The notes under the pieces: model-generated
Database searches by the model: none
Told to the model about the DNA's origin: nothing
The model's input: the letters and a program-made list of their open reading frames with translations, nothing else
Shown: one piece after another, positions 52,332 to 62,052 of the stretch
How the letters are laid out: each line of letters begins with the position of its first letter
Position numbering within the stretch: the first letter of the stretch is position 1
Made by a program: the position numbers and the translations under genes
Assembly (NCBI GenBank): GCA_963727625.1
Contig: CAVSHR010000003.1
Coordinates: 1 to 64,000 of the forward strand
Direction of reading: 5' to 3'
Length of the DNA: 64,000 bases
DNA from: an uncultured delta proteobacterium
GTDB lineage: Bacteria > Desulfobacterota > Binatia > UBA9968

Positions 52332-52910
52332 ATGAAAGATTTGATCGCCTTGGCTTTCGACGAAAGCATCCGGGTGAAGCGAGCTTTCTTGCGCGATAAT
52401 CTTGACGACCTCGCTCAGGCGATCGAGACCGTCGTCGCGGCGTTCAAAAGCGGCAATAAATTATTGCTTTTCGGCAACGGCGGCAGCGCCGCCGACGCCC
52501 AGCATATCGCTGCGGAGTTCGTCAATCGCTTCCGCATCGAACGGCCGCCTCTACCGGCAATCGCCTTGACCACCGATTCCTCCGCGCTGACGAGTATCGC
52601 CAACGATTACGATTACTCGGAGGTCTTCGCAAAACAGCTAAGAGCACTGGGTAAGGCAGGGGATGTGGCGCTGGCGATCTCGACCAGCGGCAATGCCGCC
52701 AATGTTGTCAATGCCGTACAAGTTTGCCGGGAGCTTAATATCAAAACGATCGGACTCACGGGCGGCAGCGGTGGCAAACTCGCCGGCAACACCGATCATC
52801 TGCTGCGCGTCGCCGCAACCGCCAATACCGCGCGCATCCAGGAAACTCACATTCTCATCGGCCATGTGATTTGCGAGCTGGTCGACGGGCAACTCTTCCC
52901 GGTAACCTGA
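52332..52910 (+). CDS. gmhA: Phosphoheptose isomerase
   Basis: 'GNGGSAADAQH', 'ANDY', 'STSGN', 'RIQETH'. Confidence 0.95.
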   Translation: MKDLIALAFDESIRVKRAFLRDNLDDLAQAIETVVAAFKSGNKLLLFGNGGSAADAQHIAAEFVNRFRIERPPLPAIALTTDSSALTSIANDYDYSEVFAKQLRALGKAGDVALAISTSGNAANVVNAVQVCRELNIKTIGLTGGSGGKLAGNTDHLLRVAATANTARIQETHILIGHVICELVDGQLFPVT

Positions 52911-52925
52911 CAGAGCCTGCCGCGC

Positions 52926-53873
52926 ATGCCATCGAAAAAGTTCAAGCCGCTCGACTTCACGAAAGTCCGCACCTACCCGGTGACCAAGAGATTCAGCAAA
53001 GTCGAAGCCTCGCTGCTCGGGAAAAAAATCACCAAGGGCGCGACGCTGCGTGCATTCATCCGCGGTCTGCCGGATATTCTCGCGGCCCAGAATCTCAAGG
53101 CGATCGCGCGCAAGCTCGCGGAATGCCACCGCAAGAATCGCACCATCCTGCTCGGTATGGGCGCCCACCCGATCAAAGTCGGGTTGAGTCCGCTGATCAT
53201 CGATTTCATGGAAAGGGGACTGATCCACGCCATCGCGCTCAACGGCGCGGGCGTGATTCACGACTTCGAGCTCGCCTACATGGGCGAGACCTCCGAGGAC
53301 GTGGCAACGACGTTGAAAGACGGCAGCTTCGGCATGGCGGAAGAGACCGGCGCCTTCATCAACCAGGCGATCATCGAGGGCTCGCAAAAAAACTTGGGTG
53401 TGGGTGCCGCAGTGGGCGCGGCGATCGTGAAAAACCATTTGCCGCATCGAAAATTGAGTATTCTCGCCGCTGCCACGCGCCTTGGCATTCCGGTCACTTC
53501 GCATATCGCCATCGGCACGGATATCATCCACATGCACCCAAAAGCCGATGGCCGGGCGCTCGGTGATTGCAGTCTCAGAGACTTTCGCACGTTAACTTCA
53601 GTCGTGGCCACGCTCCGCGGCGGGGTGTATTTGAATTTCGGTTCCGCGGTGGTGTTGCCGGAGGTGTTTCTCAAGGCCGTGAGCCTGGCGCGTAATCTCG
53701 GCAATCCCGTGGACAAACTAACGACGGTGAATCTAGATTTCCTGCAGCACTACCGGCCGCTCACAAACGTGGTCAACCGGCCGACCCTGGGCAGCGGCAA
53801 GGGGTACCACCTCACCGGCCATATGGAAATCATGGTGCCGCTGCTTTTTGCCGCGGTTTTGGAAGAATTATAG
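52926..53873 (+). CDS. Conserved protein, deoxyhypusine-synthase-like fold
   Basis: 'GAHPIKVG', 'NGAG.IHD.E', 'FGMAEET', 'IGTDI.H.HP', 'GSAVVLPEVFLKA'. Confidence 0.7.
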   Translation: MPSKKFKPLDFTKVRTYPVTKRFSKVEASLLGKKITKGATLRAFIRGLPDILAAQNLKAIARKLAECHRKNRTILLGMGAHPIKVGLSPLIIDFMERGLIHAIALNGAGVIHDFELAYMGETSEDVATTLKDGSFGMAEETGAFINQAIIEGSQKNLGVGAAVGAAIVKNHLPHRKLSILAAATRLGIPVTSHIAIGTDIIHMHPKADGRALGDCSLRDFRTLTSVVATLRGGVYLNFGSAVVLPEVFLKAVSLARNLGNPVDKLTTVNLDFLQHYRPLTNVVNRPTLGSGKGYHLTGHMEIMVPLLFAAVLEEL

Positions 53874-53912
53874 CGCAGCTCCGAAAACTGCAAGTCAGAC
53901 GAACCTCTCGCC

Positions 53913-55115
53913 TTAACTCTTCTCTGTTCTTCCCAACAGCCGCCAAAAGGTCAGGACAGTCAAAGTCATCGAAGCCACCGAGGTCAGCGCCAAACCATGG
54001 GCGGCACCGAAGGCCGCTACGCAGGCGCCCATCACCACCGAGCCGAGCGAGCGCATACCTTGGTCCATGAGAAAAATGCTCATCACCCGGCCGAGTAACT
54101 CCCGCGGCGCTTCAATCTGAATAATCAGCCGGCTCACAGTGCGGAAAATAATCTGCATGCCGCCGAAGACACCGAGAACCAAGACCGATAGCCACTGGTG
54201 CCGCGAGAGGCAAAAAAGGATCAGCAGCGAGGGCGTGGCGAGGGCGGAAAACCAAAGCAGAGTTTGTCGGCTCCAGCGTTCTTGGAGCGAGCCCAGCACG
54301 ATGAGTGAGAACACCGCGCCGACCCCCGGTGCAGCCATGAGCAAGCCCATGCCGTCCGGACCAACGGCTAAAATGTCCTTGGCGAATACCGCGAGGAAAC
54401 GCGTATAGGTTCCGACAAAAATGCTGATGCCGTAGGCTGCGATGATGCTGGCTAGAATCACCGGCGCGCCGGCGATATAGTGAACGCCTTCCTTGAATTC
54501 GTTCAAGAGATTCCCTTCGCCGCTCGCCGGGGCGCTTGTCTTTAGACGCACGCCGAGCAACCCAAGAGCTGAGAGCAAAAGAGCTACACCGTAAAATAAC
54601 AGACAGCCGCCGACGCCGATCCAGATAATCAACACCCCGCCGATGGAGGGACCGACGATGCGGGCGAAATTAAAGCCGATGGAGTAGAGCGACACCGCGC
54701 TCATTAACTCCGCTTCGGGTACCAGGTCGCGCAGCATCGATTGTCCGGCGGTCGGATTCATGCTGCGCAGGGTCGACCATAGGGTTTCCAATGCCACCAT
54801 ATGCCAGAATTCCAGCCGGCCGAAAAAATAGAGGACAACGAGGCCAAACACCGGCACACAGCAGAGAAATTGAATTGCCGTGAGCAGGCGCAGCCGGTCA
54901 TAGCGGTCGACGATTACGCCGCCAACGGCGCCGAGCAAAAGGCGCGGCGCCGCCTCGCTGAAGCCGAGCAGGCCCAGCGCCCAAGCCGAACCCGTGATCT
55001 CGTAGGCGAGCCAGTAAAGCGCCACTTCGCGGACGAATTGACCGACCGAGGCGATTAAATCGCTGGACCAGAAGAGTGCGTAGTTCTTGTGCCGCAGCGG
55101 CTGGAAGACGCGAAT
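53913..55115 (-). CDS. MFS transporter (H+ antiporter-3/DUF894-like)
   Basis: About 12 TM; 'LRHKNYALFW', 'GG...DRYDR', 'FNFARIVGP', 'LLGRVMS'; frame stays open upstream of GTG 55025. Confidence 0.85.
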   Translation of the reverse strand: MRVFQPLRHKNYALFWSSDLIASVGQFVREVALYWLAYEITGSAWALGLLGFSEAAPRLLLGAVGGVIVDRYDRLRLLTAIQFLCCVPVFGLVVLYFFGRLEFWHMVALETLWSTLRSMNPTAGQSMLRDLVPEAELMSAVSLYSIGFNFARIVGPSIGGVLIIWIGVGGCLLFYGVALLLSALGLLGVRLKTSAPASGEGNLLNEFKEGVHYIAGAPVILASIIAAYGISIFVGTYTRFLAVFAKDILAVGPDGMGLLMAAPGVGAVFSLIVLGSLQERWSRQTLLWFSALATPSLLILFCLSRHQWLSVLVLGVFGGMQIIFRTVSRLIIQIEAPRELLGRVMSIFLMDQGMRSLGSVVMGACVAAFGAAHGLALTSVASMTLTVLTFWRLLGRTEKS

Positions 55116-55380
55116 GAGAATGCTCCGTAAAAAATTTGGCGGCTTGCCGAAAAAATCGCCCGGTTATCCGCATGTGGACAACAATGAAGCGCGCACGATT
55201 TTCGTTTCCTAGCGCTTGAACCGGCCGCCGAACTTGTTGAGGATTAGGAAAGAGCTCTTTGGACAACCTGTCGGAGTCGTTCCGGCAAACAGCCCGATAT
55301 ATATACCGATCACAGCCGGCTGCCTAGTGCCGGCTTTACGCTTTGCGGCTTTTTTGCTTAGATTGGCATCAATTCGGCCT

Positions 55381-56184
55381 ATGTTGATCACTTTAACCAC
55401 CGACTTCGGCCTTAACGATTCTTTCGTCGGCATAATGAAGGGTGTGATCGCGCGGATTAATCCGCAAGTCCATGTGATCGATTTGACCCATGGCATTCCG
55501 GCTCAGGATATCTTGGCCGGCGCTTTAACCCTGCGCCATTCGATTGCCTATTTTCCGGCCGGGACCATCCATATCGCCGTCATCGATCCTGGCGTCGGCG
55601 GCGCGCGCCGGCCGTTGTTGATCGAATCCAACGGTCTTTACTTCATCGGCCCGGACAACGGCGTATTGAGTTTGGCGGTCGGTAATTCCATTCCCGCCCG
55701 GATCGTGCAACTCTCCAATCCCGCTTACCATCTGCAACCGACCAGTGCGACATTTCACGGGCGGGATATCTTCGCGCCCGCGGCTGCTCATCTATCGCGC
55801 GGCGTACCGCCCGCTGAGTTCGGCGAAACAGTAGCCAGTTTCGTCAAGCTGCCGCTTCCCGGAGTCGTTCGCACGGTAAGCGCGCTGGGCGGCGAAGTAA
55901 TTTACATCGACAAATTCGGCAATCTGTTTACAAATATTGAGGAGCATGATTTGACTGGGTTGGCAAGAGATCATATGGACATCGCCTTGGCGGGTCTACG
56001 TATCCGGGGCGTTGCCGCCAATTATGCCGCCGGTGGTACCGGCGAGTTCGTCGCCGTCCTGAATAGTTGGGGATTTTTAGAAATCGCCGTGGACAAAGGC
56101 AATGCAGCCGAACGCACGGGCGCGAAGGTCGGTGATAAGGTTAAAGTTACTTTTGAAAATGACAGCGCCGGAGGGCAGCCATGA
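55381..56184 (+). CDS. SAM hydrolase/halogenase family (DUF62)
   Basis: 'ITLTTDFG', 'IDPGVG', 'GPDNG', '[10 protein letters not shown]', 'D.FGN'. Confidence 0.93.
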   Translation: MLITLTTDFGLNDSFVGIMKGVIARINPQVHVIDLTHGIPAQDILAGALTLRHSIAYFPAGTIHIAVIDPGVGGARRPLLIESNGLYFIGPDNGVLSLAVGNSIPARIVQLSNPAYHLQPTSATFHGRDIFAPAAAHLSRGVPPAEFGETVASFVKLPLPGVVRTVSALGGEVIYIDKFGNLFTNIEEHDLTGLARDHMDIALAGLRIRGVAANYAAGGTGEFVAVLNSWGFLEIAVDKGNAAERTGAKVGDKVKVTFENDSAGGQP

Positions 56185-56642
56185 GCCAACGCCTAAGCTG
56201 GGATCAATATTTCATGACCATCACACAACAAGTGGCCGAGCGCTCGACTTGCACCCGGGCCAAGGTGGGCGCAGTCATCGTGCGCGATAAGAACATACTC
56301 GCCACCGGTTATAACGGCGCCCCGGCCGGCATGCCCCACTGCACCGACGTCGGCTGCCTGATTTATGAATCCAAAACCCCCAACGGGGACACCGAGCAAA
56401 ACTGCTTCCGCACCATCCACGCGGAGATGAACGCGATTGCCCAGGCGGCCAAAAACGGCGCGAGCATCAAGGACGGCGCGATTTACATCACCCACACTCC
56501 GTGCATCCACTGCCTCAAAGTATTGGTCAACACGGGAATCAAAGAAATTTACTACGAGAAGCCTTACAAGTTGCACACCCTGGACGAGTTGTTGCGCTAC
56601 ACTCAAGTGCATCTGTACAAAGTTGAATTGCCGATAAAATGA
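56181..56642 (+). CDS. dCMP deaminase (ComEB family)
   Basis: 'WDQYFM', 'RSTC', 'TGYNG', 'HAEMNA', 'PCIHC'. Confidence 0.93.
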   Translation: MSQRLSWDQYFMTITQQVAERSTCTRAKVGAVIVRDKNILATGYNGAPAGMPHCTDVGCLIYESKTPNGDTEQNCFRTIHAEMNAIAQAAKNGASIKDGAIYITHTPCIHCLKVLVNTGIKEIYYEKPYKLHTLDELLRYTQVHLYKVELPIK

Positions 56643-56673
56643 AAGGGCGGGAAGATTTCTCCCCCCGCCCCTT
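56642..56673. terminator. Hairpin terminator between convergent genes
   Basis: AAGGGCGGG...CCCGCCC(C)TT. Confidence 0.6.
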
Positions 56674-56694
56674 GTTAAGATCCTCGGCGAATCG

Positions 56695-57021
56695 CTAAAT
56701 TTTACCTGTTAAGATAATTGCGATAACGAAGCCGTAAAGCGCCAGCGCTTCGAGCAACGCTAAGGTCAGAACCAACGGCAAGAAAAGCTTATCAGCCGCG
56801 TTCGGGTTGCGGCCGATGCTTTCCATCGCCGACGCGCCGACCCGTCCTTGGCCCAACGCGGCGCCAAAGGCGGCAATAGCGACGGCAACGCCGGCGGATA
56901 TAGCGATCGCGACGCTCTTTTGCGAATCGCCTCCGGCGGCAGCACCCTCAGCAGCCATGGCCAAACCTGCGGCCAGCACGCCCGTGAAAAGTGTGCCGAA
57001 AAACACCATCAGTCTTTTCAT
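56695..57021 (-). CDS. atpE: ATP synthase Fo subunit c
   Basis: 'GAALGQG', 'RNP', 'ALLEALALY'. Confidence 0.95.
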   Translation of the reverse strand: MKRLMVFFGTLFTGVLAAGLAMAAEGAAAGGDSQKSVAIAISAGVAVAIAAFGAALGQGRVGASAMESIGRNPNAADKLFLPLVLTLALLEALALYGFVIAIILTGKI

Positions 57022-57092
57022 CTTCCTTCTCCTTTCCAGCGATTGATGCCTGCCGCTCCTCTGTCCTCATCCTCTGCCAATCGGCCCATCGC

Positions 57093-57887
57093 TTAGTGCT
57101 GTGATGGATGTGCGTCCTGACCATGCTCTTCATCGTGACCGTGGCTAATCGCCAGGGCGACGTAGATCATGCTCAATAACATAAATACAAAGGCCTGAAT
57201 GACCGACACCAGCGTCCCCATTATGTAAAAAAACACGGGAACAACAACTTTTGTCAGGCCGATAAATGCGCCGATGACCTCGTGGTCACCCATCATGTTG
57301 CCGAAAAGACGTAAAGAGAGCGAAACCGGCCTAAAACCGTGGGAGAAAGCCTCTAGAACAAAGAAAAACATCATCGAAATTAGCAGTACGGGCAGGAACA
57401 ATGCTTTTGCGATGAAGCTCTGGCCTGGAAGACTGGTCATCGGACCGAGAAAATGCTTCAAGTAACCCGAGCGCTGCTCGCGAACGCCGATAAGGTTGTA
57501 ACCGATGAATGATACGATAGCCAGTCCCAGGGTCGTGTTGAGATTGCTCGTCGGCGCGCTAAAACCCGGAAGCAAGCCACTGAGATTGGCAAACAGGATA
57601 AAAAAGAAAAAGGTCCCGAAGTATGGGACGTACTTGCGCCCTTGCTTGCCGATGATCGCATCACTCTGCCGCACCACCACGAACTCGAGCAAAAGCTCGG
57701 CAATGTTACGGGCGCCCAAACCCTCGGCCGGTACGATTGGGTCGACTGCCTTCAAAAGCGAAGCACGGGCCGCCAAAGCGAACCAGAGCAAGAGCAGCGC
57801 AACCACGACGGCAAAAAATGTGTGATCGCCAACCACGTGCTGGAAACCCTCGGGCAACAAATTATACCAGGTAAATGGATGTTCCAT
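57093..57887 (-). CDS. atpB: ATP synthase Fo subunit a
   Basis: 'RPVSLSLRLFGNM', 'IQAFVFMLLS..Y'. Confidence 0.96.
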   Translation of the reverse strand: MEHPFTWYNLLPEGFQHVVGDHTFFAVVVALLLLWFALAARASLLKAVDPIVPAEGLGARNIAELLLEFVVVRQSDAIIGKQGRKYVPYFGTFFFFILFANLSGLLPGFSAPTSNLNTTLGLAIVSFIGYNLIGVREQRSGYLKHFLGPMTSLPGQSFIAKALFLPVLLISMMFFFVLEAFSHGFRPVSLSLRLFGNMMGDHEVIGAFIGLTKVVVPVFFYIMGTLVSVIQAFVFMLLSMIYVALAISHGHDEEHGQDAHPSQH

Positions 57888-57894
57888 TATTATT

Positions 57895-58272
57895 CTAGGT
57901 CTCCGCTTTAACGGATTTTCGAATCGCTTCGAGAAAGATCGCCACAATCAACGTTGAAAAGCCGATGGAAAATGAGACCGCGTCAAGATCAAAACGATAC
58001 AATAAAGTCGCAAGCAACCCTAAAAAAATTACAATCTTGAGAACCAGTAAGCTTATACCCGCTTTAACCCGGCCCTTTCCCGCGAGCGGAGTCAGCACCC
58101 AAGCGACGCCGAAGCTCAGCAAGAAGAAGTTTACGCCCATGAACAGTCCGCCGACCACAAGCGCGGTCGGATCAACGAGGCGGGTCCGGCCGATCGTCGC
58201 GAGCATGATGAGCAGCAATAGTCCATGCCACAGCTCAACCCGCATTATCATTTTTCTCGCTGCGGTTTCCAC
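57895..58272 (-). CDS. atpI: ATP synthase protein I
   Basis: 4-TM protein with 'GG....NF' immediately upstream of atpB. Confidence 0.7.
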   Translation of the reverse strand: METAARKMIMRVELWHGLLLLIMLATIGRTRLVDPTALVVGGLFMGVNFFLLSFGVAWVLTPLAGKGRVKAGISLLVLKIVIFLGLLATLLYRFDLDAVSFSIGFSTLIVAIFLEAIRKSVKAET

Positions 58273-58522
58273 TACGCTTGTCTGCGAAATATCGCGCCCA
58301 CCGAACCAATCTCACAAACGCCCCGACGAAGGCTAACGCGGTGCACGTGATGAGAAACCAGGGAGAACTGCCGAAGTACAAATCTGCGTAATAACCGACC
58401 ACGAGGCCGCCAAGTATGGTGCCTGGTAACTCGAAAGCTACTCCTACATATAATCCCGCTCGGCGCAGGAAGGGAGTTTGATTCTTTTGCCGGCTATTGG
58501 GGCGGCCCCCAATTTTTCCCAC
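58235..58522 (-). CDS. AtpZ/AtpI-family 2-TM protein
   Basis: 'G...GY..D..FG.SPW'. Confidence 0.8.
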   Translation of the reverse strand: MGKIGGRPNSRQKNQTPFLRRAGLYVGVAFELPGTILGGLVVGYYADLYFGSSPWFLITCTALAFVGAFVRLVRWARYFADKRSGNRSEKNDNAG

Positions 58523-58556
58523 TGGGCTAAGTTTCTAGCATGAAGGTCTGTAGGGG

Positions 58557-59843
58557 TCAATCTTGGGTTGCTGTTCTAGCCCAATCCTCAAAGGCGGATA
58601 TCGTCTTGTCCAGATCCGCGTTTGAGTGAGCTAGAGAGACAAACATGGCTTCGAAGGGCGACGGTGGGAGATAGACCCCACGCTTCAGCATGGCGTGAAA
58701 ATAGCGCGCAAATGTTTTACGATCGCATTGCCGTGCAGCGTCGGGGCTCTCGACCCGCTCGACGCCAAAAAACAATGTCATCATGGAGCCGACACGGTTG
58801 AGCGCCGCCTTGATGGCGTATTTACCAAGGACGGTACGAAAGCCGTTTTCGAGCCGGCGTGCCTTGCTCTCGAGCTTTTGATAGGTTCCGGGTCGGGCCA
58901 ATTGTTCCAGCGTCGCCAAGCCGGCCGCCACGGCGAGCGGGTTGCCGGAAAGTGTTCCGGCTTGGTAGACAGGTCCCGATGGCGCCAGCATGTTCATGAT
59001 TCGGCGTTTTCCGCCAAAAGCGGCCAGAGGTATCCCGCCGCCAAGGATTTTACCCAGACAGGTGAGATCCGGCGAGATGCCAAAAAGATTCTGCGCGCCT
59101 CCGAGCCCAAGACGAAAACCGGTAATGACCTCATCGAAGATCAGCAGCGCGCCGTGCTTTAAAGTGATTTCCCTTAGCGCTTTGAGAAAACCCGGCTTGG
59201 GAGCAATCACCCCCATGTTGCCGCACACCGGTTCGACAATAAGCGCAGCGACATTCTTACCATGTTTAGAAAAAACTTTTTGCAGGGATGTAATGTCGTT
59301 GTAACTAGCTGTCAACGTTTCGCGGGCAAAACCGTCCGGCACGCCTGGACTATCTGGAAGCCCCAGGGTGGCAATGCCGGAACCGGCTTTGACAAGCAAG
59401 CTGTCCGAGTGACCGTGATAGCAACCGTCAAATTTGACGATCTTGGTTCGTCCCGTAAATGCGCGGGCAAGACGGATCGCGCTCATGGTTGCTTCCGTGC
59501 CGGAGCTGACCATGCGCAACATCGTTATCGACGGCATGAGCTGCGTCACTTTTTCCGCTAAGCGCACCTCGCCGGCGGTGGGCGCGCCGAAGGTGAACCC
59601 TCGCGCGGCGCATTGGCGCACCCTTTGGACGATCTTCGGGTGCGCATGGCCGAGGATGAGCGGTCCCCAGGAGCCGACGAAATCGATATAGCGTTTGCCG
59701 TCGGCGTCGAAAATGTAACTTCCCTTTCCACGGTCGATGATCAGAGGGTTGCCGCCGACTGCTTTCCACGCGCGCACCGGACTGTTGACGCCGCCGGAAA
59801 TCTTTCGTTCAGCGCGTCGAAAAATATTTTTTGAGCGGGACAT
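58557..59843 (-). CDS. hemL: Glutamate-1-semialdehyde 2,1-aminomutase
   Basis: 'GGVNSPVRA', 'SSGTEATM', 'FDEVITGFR', 'QAGTLSGNP'. Confidence 0.97.
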   Translation of the reverse strand: MSRSKNIFRRAERKISGGVNSPVRAWKAVGGNPLIIDRGKGSYIFDADGKRYIDFVGSWGPLILGHAHPKIVQRVRQCAARGFTFGAPTAGEVRLAEKVTQLMPSITMLRMVSSGTEATMSAIRLARAFTGRTKIVKFDGCYHGHSDSLLVKAGSGIATLGLPDSPGVPDGFARETLTASYNDITSLQKVFSKHGKNVAALIVEPVCGNMGVIAPKPGFLKALREITLKHGALLIFDEVITGFRLGLGGAQNLFGISPDLTCLGKILGGGIPLAAFGGKRRIMNMLAPSGPVYQAGTLSGNPLAVAAGLATLEQLARPGTYQKLESKARRLENGFRTVLGKYAIKAALNRVGSMMTLFFGVERVESPDAARQCDRKTFARYFHAMLKRGVYLPPSPFEAMFVSLAHSNADLDKTISAFEDWARTATQD

Positions 59844-60402
59844 AGTTTAGGAGATGGTGCTAACATCGAGATTGTGCACTGTCAACATCATCATTAAATC
59901 ACCGATCGTGGCGTTTCATGAACCCTGGGGCGTTTAGCGCCGCGCTAAATTGTTTACAGTACTTGTCTAATATTGAACGGAAATCTGCGCCTAGATTAGA
60001 AAAACTGCCGGAAAGTTGAGGGAAGCATTGGACAGGCACTGTAAGTGACCACGGCGACCGGGGTCGCTACGCTGCGAATGGGAGTTGGCGATCTTGTCTT
60101 TGTCTTTAGGCCGCGCCGAATATTTCGTACGAGAATGAGCCACTACAAATTGACTAGAAAAACATTTCGTGGTGCTTTTTTTCTTGCAATGATTTTCGAA
60201 AAGGACTATTTAAAACTCTTCCGAATTCTTGCGCGCGTAACCTATCATTTTTATCTGACAGGACACGAAAAAGTTGCCACGACATTTCTTGGCGAAAACT
60301 TTTTTCCGCGTGCGGTGCGAAGTCGATAATTTTCACAGCCAGCGATCAAATCAGGCTAGACAAAATTTCAGGCAAAAGTGTTAAACAAAACTGATTTTAA
60401 AG

Positions 60403-60422
60403 TTATCCACAGCTGTGGATAA
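60403..60422. promoter_or_regulatory. Inverted pair of perfect DnaA boxes upstream of dnaA
   Basis: TTATCCACA-GC-TGTGGATAA. Confidence 0.9.
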
Positions 60423-60483
60423 CATTGTTTGTAACTATTGTCCCTTTTTATTCCAATTGTTCGCTAGCTTAGCGGTATCGATC

Positions 60484-61818
60484 ATGAATAACCTGTGGCC
60501 GGAAACTGTATTGGAAATCAAGGAGAAAATCGGCAAGCAAAACTTCGAGACCTGGATTGCACCGATTCGCTTCGTGGCGAAGAACAAAAGCGAGGTACTT
60601 CTCGAAGTGCCGAATAAATTTTTTCGCGACTGGCTTACCGAGCATTACCTCGGCACGCTCGAGCATAGTTTGAGCGCGACGACGAAGCAGGAGATCAAAG
60701 TAGTTTTTCAGGTTAATGAACGAGTGACAAAGCCCCTGAACCTGGAAAAGCAAACCAAAAAAGAAGAAAAAGAACACGAGCGGCCGCAGCGCACCAGCAA
60801 TCTGATCCAAAAATATACCTTTAGTAATTTCGTGATCGGTGCCAGTAATCAATTTGCCCATGCGGCCAGCGTTGCGGTGGCAAACCAGCCTGGCGACAGT
60901 TATAATCCGCTGTTTATTTATGGCGGCGTTGGCTTGGGAAAGACACACCTGGTTAATGCCATCGGCCACCAAGCTACGACACAACGGCCCGGCTTGAAAG
61001 TCGTTTACTTGAGCTCGGAATCATTCATGAACGAATTGATCGCGTCGCTCCGCCGCGACAAGATGGACGAATTCAAGAGAAAATTCCGGAACGTGGATAT
61101 TTTAATTGTCGACGATGTGCAATTTATCGCCGGGAAAGAACGCACCCAGGAAGAATTTTTTCACACCTTTAACTCGCTCTATGAGTCACATAAGCAGATT
61201 GTCATTACCTCGGACAAATTTCCCAAGGAAATCCCCGGTATCGAGGATCGGCTGAGAAACCGCTTCGAGTGGGGCCTAATCGCCGACATTCAGCCGCCCG
61301 ACATGGAAACCCGAGTCGCGATCTTGCAAAAAAAGGCCGAGGATGAAGGTGTCAAGCTACCTCACGACGTCGCGATCTTCCTAGCTTCAAACATCGATTC
61401 CAACGTCCGCGAGTTGGAAGGATCGCTCACTCGTCTCGGCGCCTTCGGCTCGCTGACCAAAGCGACGATCACTATCGACCTGGCAAAAGACGTTCTGCGC
61501 AATACTTTGAACTGGGCAAAGAGAGAAATAACAGTTGAAAATATTCAGAAAATGACCTGCGACTACTTCAATATTAAGCTGGGCGACCTAAAGGCAAAAA
61601 GACGCACGCAAAACATCGCCTTACCGCGCCAAGTCGCCATGTATCTCTGCCGCAAGTACACAGAGACATCCTTTCCCGCGATCGGCGACAAGTTCGGCGG
61701 TCGCGATCATTCGACGGTCATCCACGCGTCGAAAACCATCGAAAGAAAAATTAAAGAAGATCCGCATATGCAGACCACCATCGAAAAACTCGAAAGGAAT
61801 CTAAACATTCGCAAGTAG
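60484..61818 (+). CDS. dnaA: Replication initiator DnaA
   Basis: 'YNPLFIYGGVGLGKTHL', 'DDVQF', 'NVRELEG', 'RDHSTV'; start placed at ATG 60484. Confidence 0.98.
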   Translation: MNNLWPETVLEIKEKIGKQNFETWIAPIRFVAKNKSEVLLEVPNKFFRDWLTEHYLGTLEHSLSATTKQEIKVVFQVNERVTKPLNLEKQTKKEEKEHERPQRTSNLIQKYTFSNFVIGASNQFAHAASVAVANQPGDSYNPLFIYGGVGLGKTHLVNAIGHQATTQRPGLKVVYLSSESFMNELIASLRRDKMDEFKRKFRNVDILIVDDVQFIAGKERTQEEFFHTFNSLYESHKQIVITSDKFPKEIPGIEDRLRNRFEWGLIADIQPPDMETRVAILQKKAEDEGVKLPHDVAIFLASNIDSNVRELEGSLTRLGAFGSLTKATITIDLAKDVLRNTLNWAKREITVENIQKMTCDYFNIKLGDLKAKRRTQNIALPRQVAMYLCRKYTETSFPAIGDKFGGRDHSTVIHASKTIERKIKEDPHMQTTIEKLERNLNIRK

Positions 61819-62052
61819 CTGTGCATAAGTTGTGATTAATAGATCATTCTGGTGTGAATGATTGGGCATTTCTTTCGCGTTGATCTGGTCAAGGTTGAAA
61901 AGAGACCAAAGTCAGTAAAATAAACCACAGACTAGCTACGCGTTTTTTTTCGCAAAACCTGCCTTTTCCGCCTTATTCACACCCTCTACTATTACTCTTG
62001 GAATTTATATATATTCAAAGTGATAATAGCTGTAGAGAGGAAATGAGGAAGT
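61819..62052. other. oriC (dnaA-dnaN intergenic unwinding region)
   Basis: DnaA-box-like TGTGCATAA, TGTGATTAA, TGTGAATGA and TTATTCACA (61973-61981), then CCCT, CTACTATTACT trios and an AT-rich run. Confidence 0.85.

Noticed and set aside
56695-58522. atp operon lacking atpFHAGDC
   Set aside because: Split atp operons are normal in deltaproteobacterial lineages.
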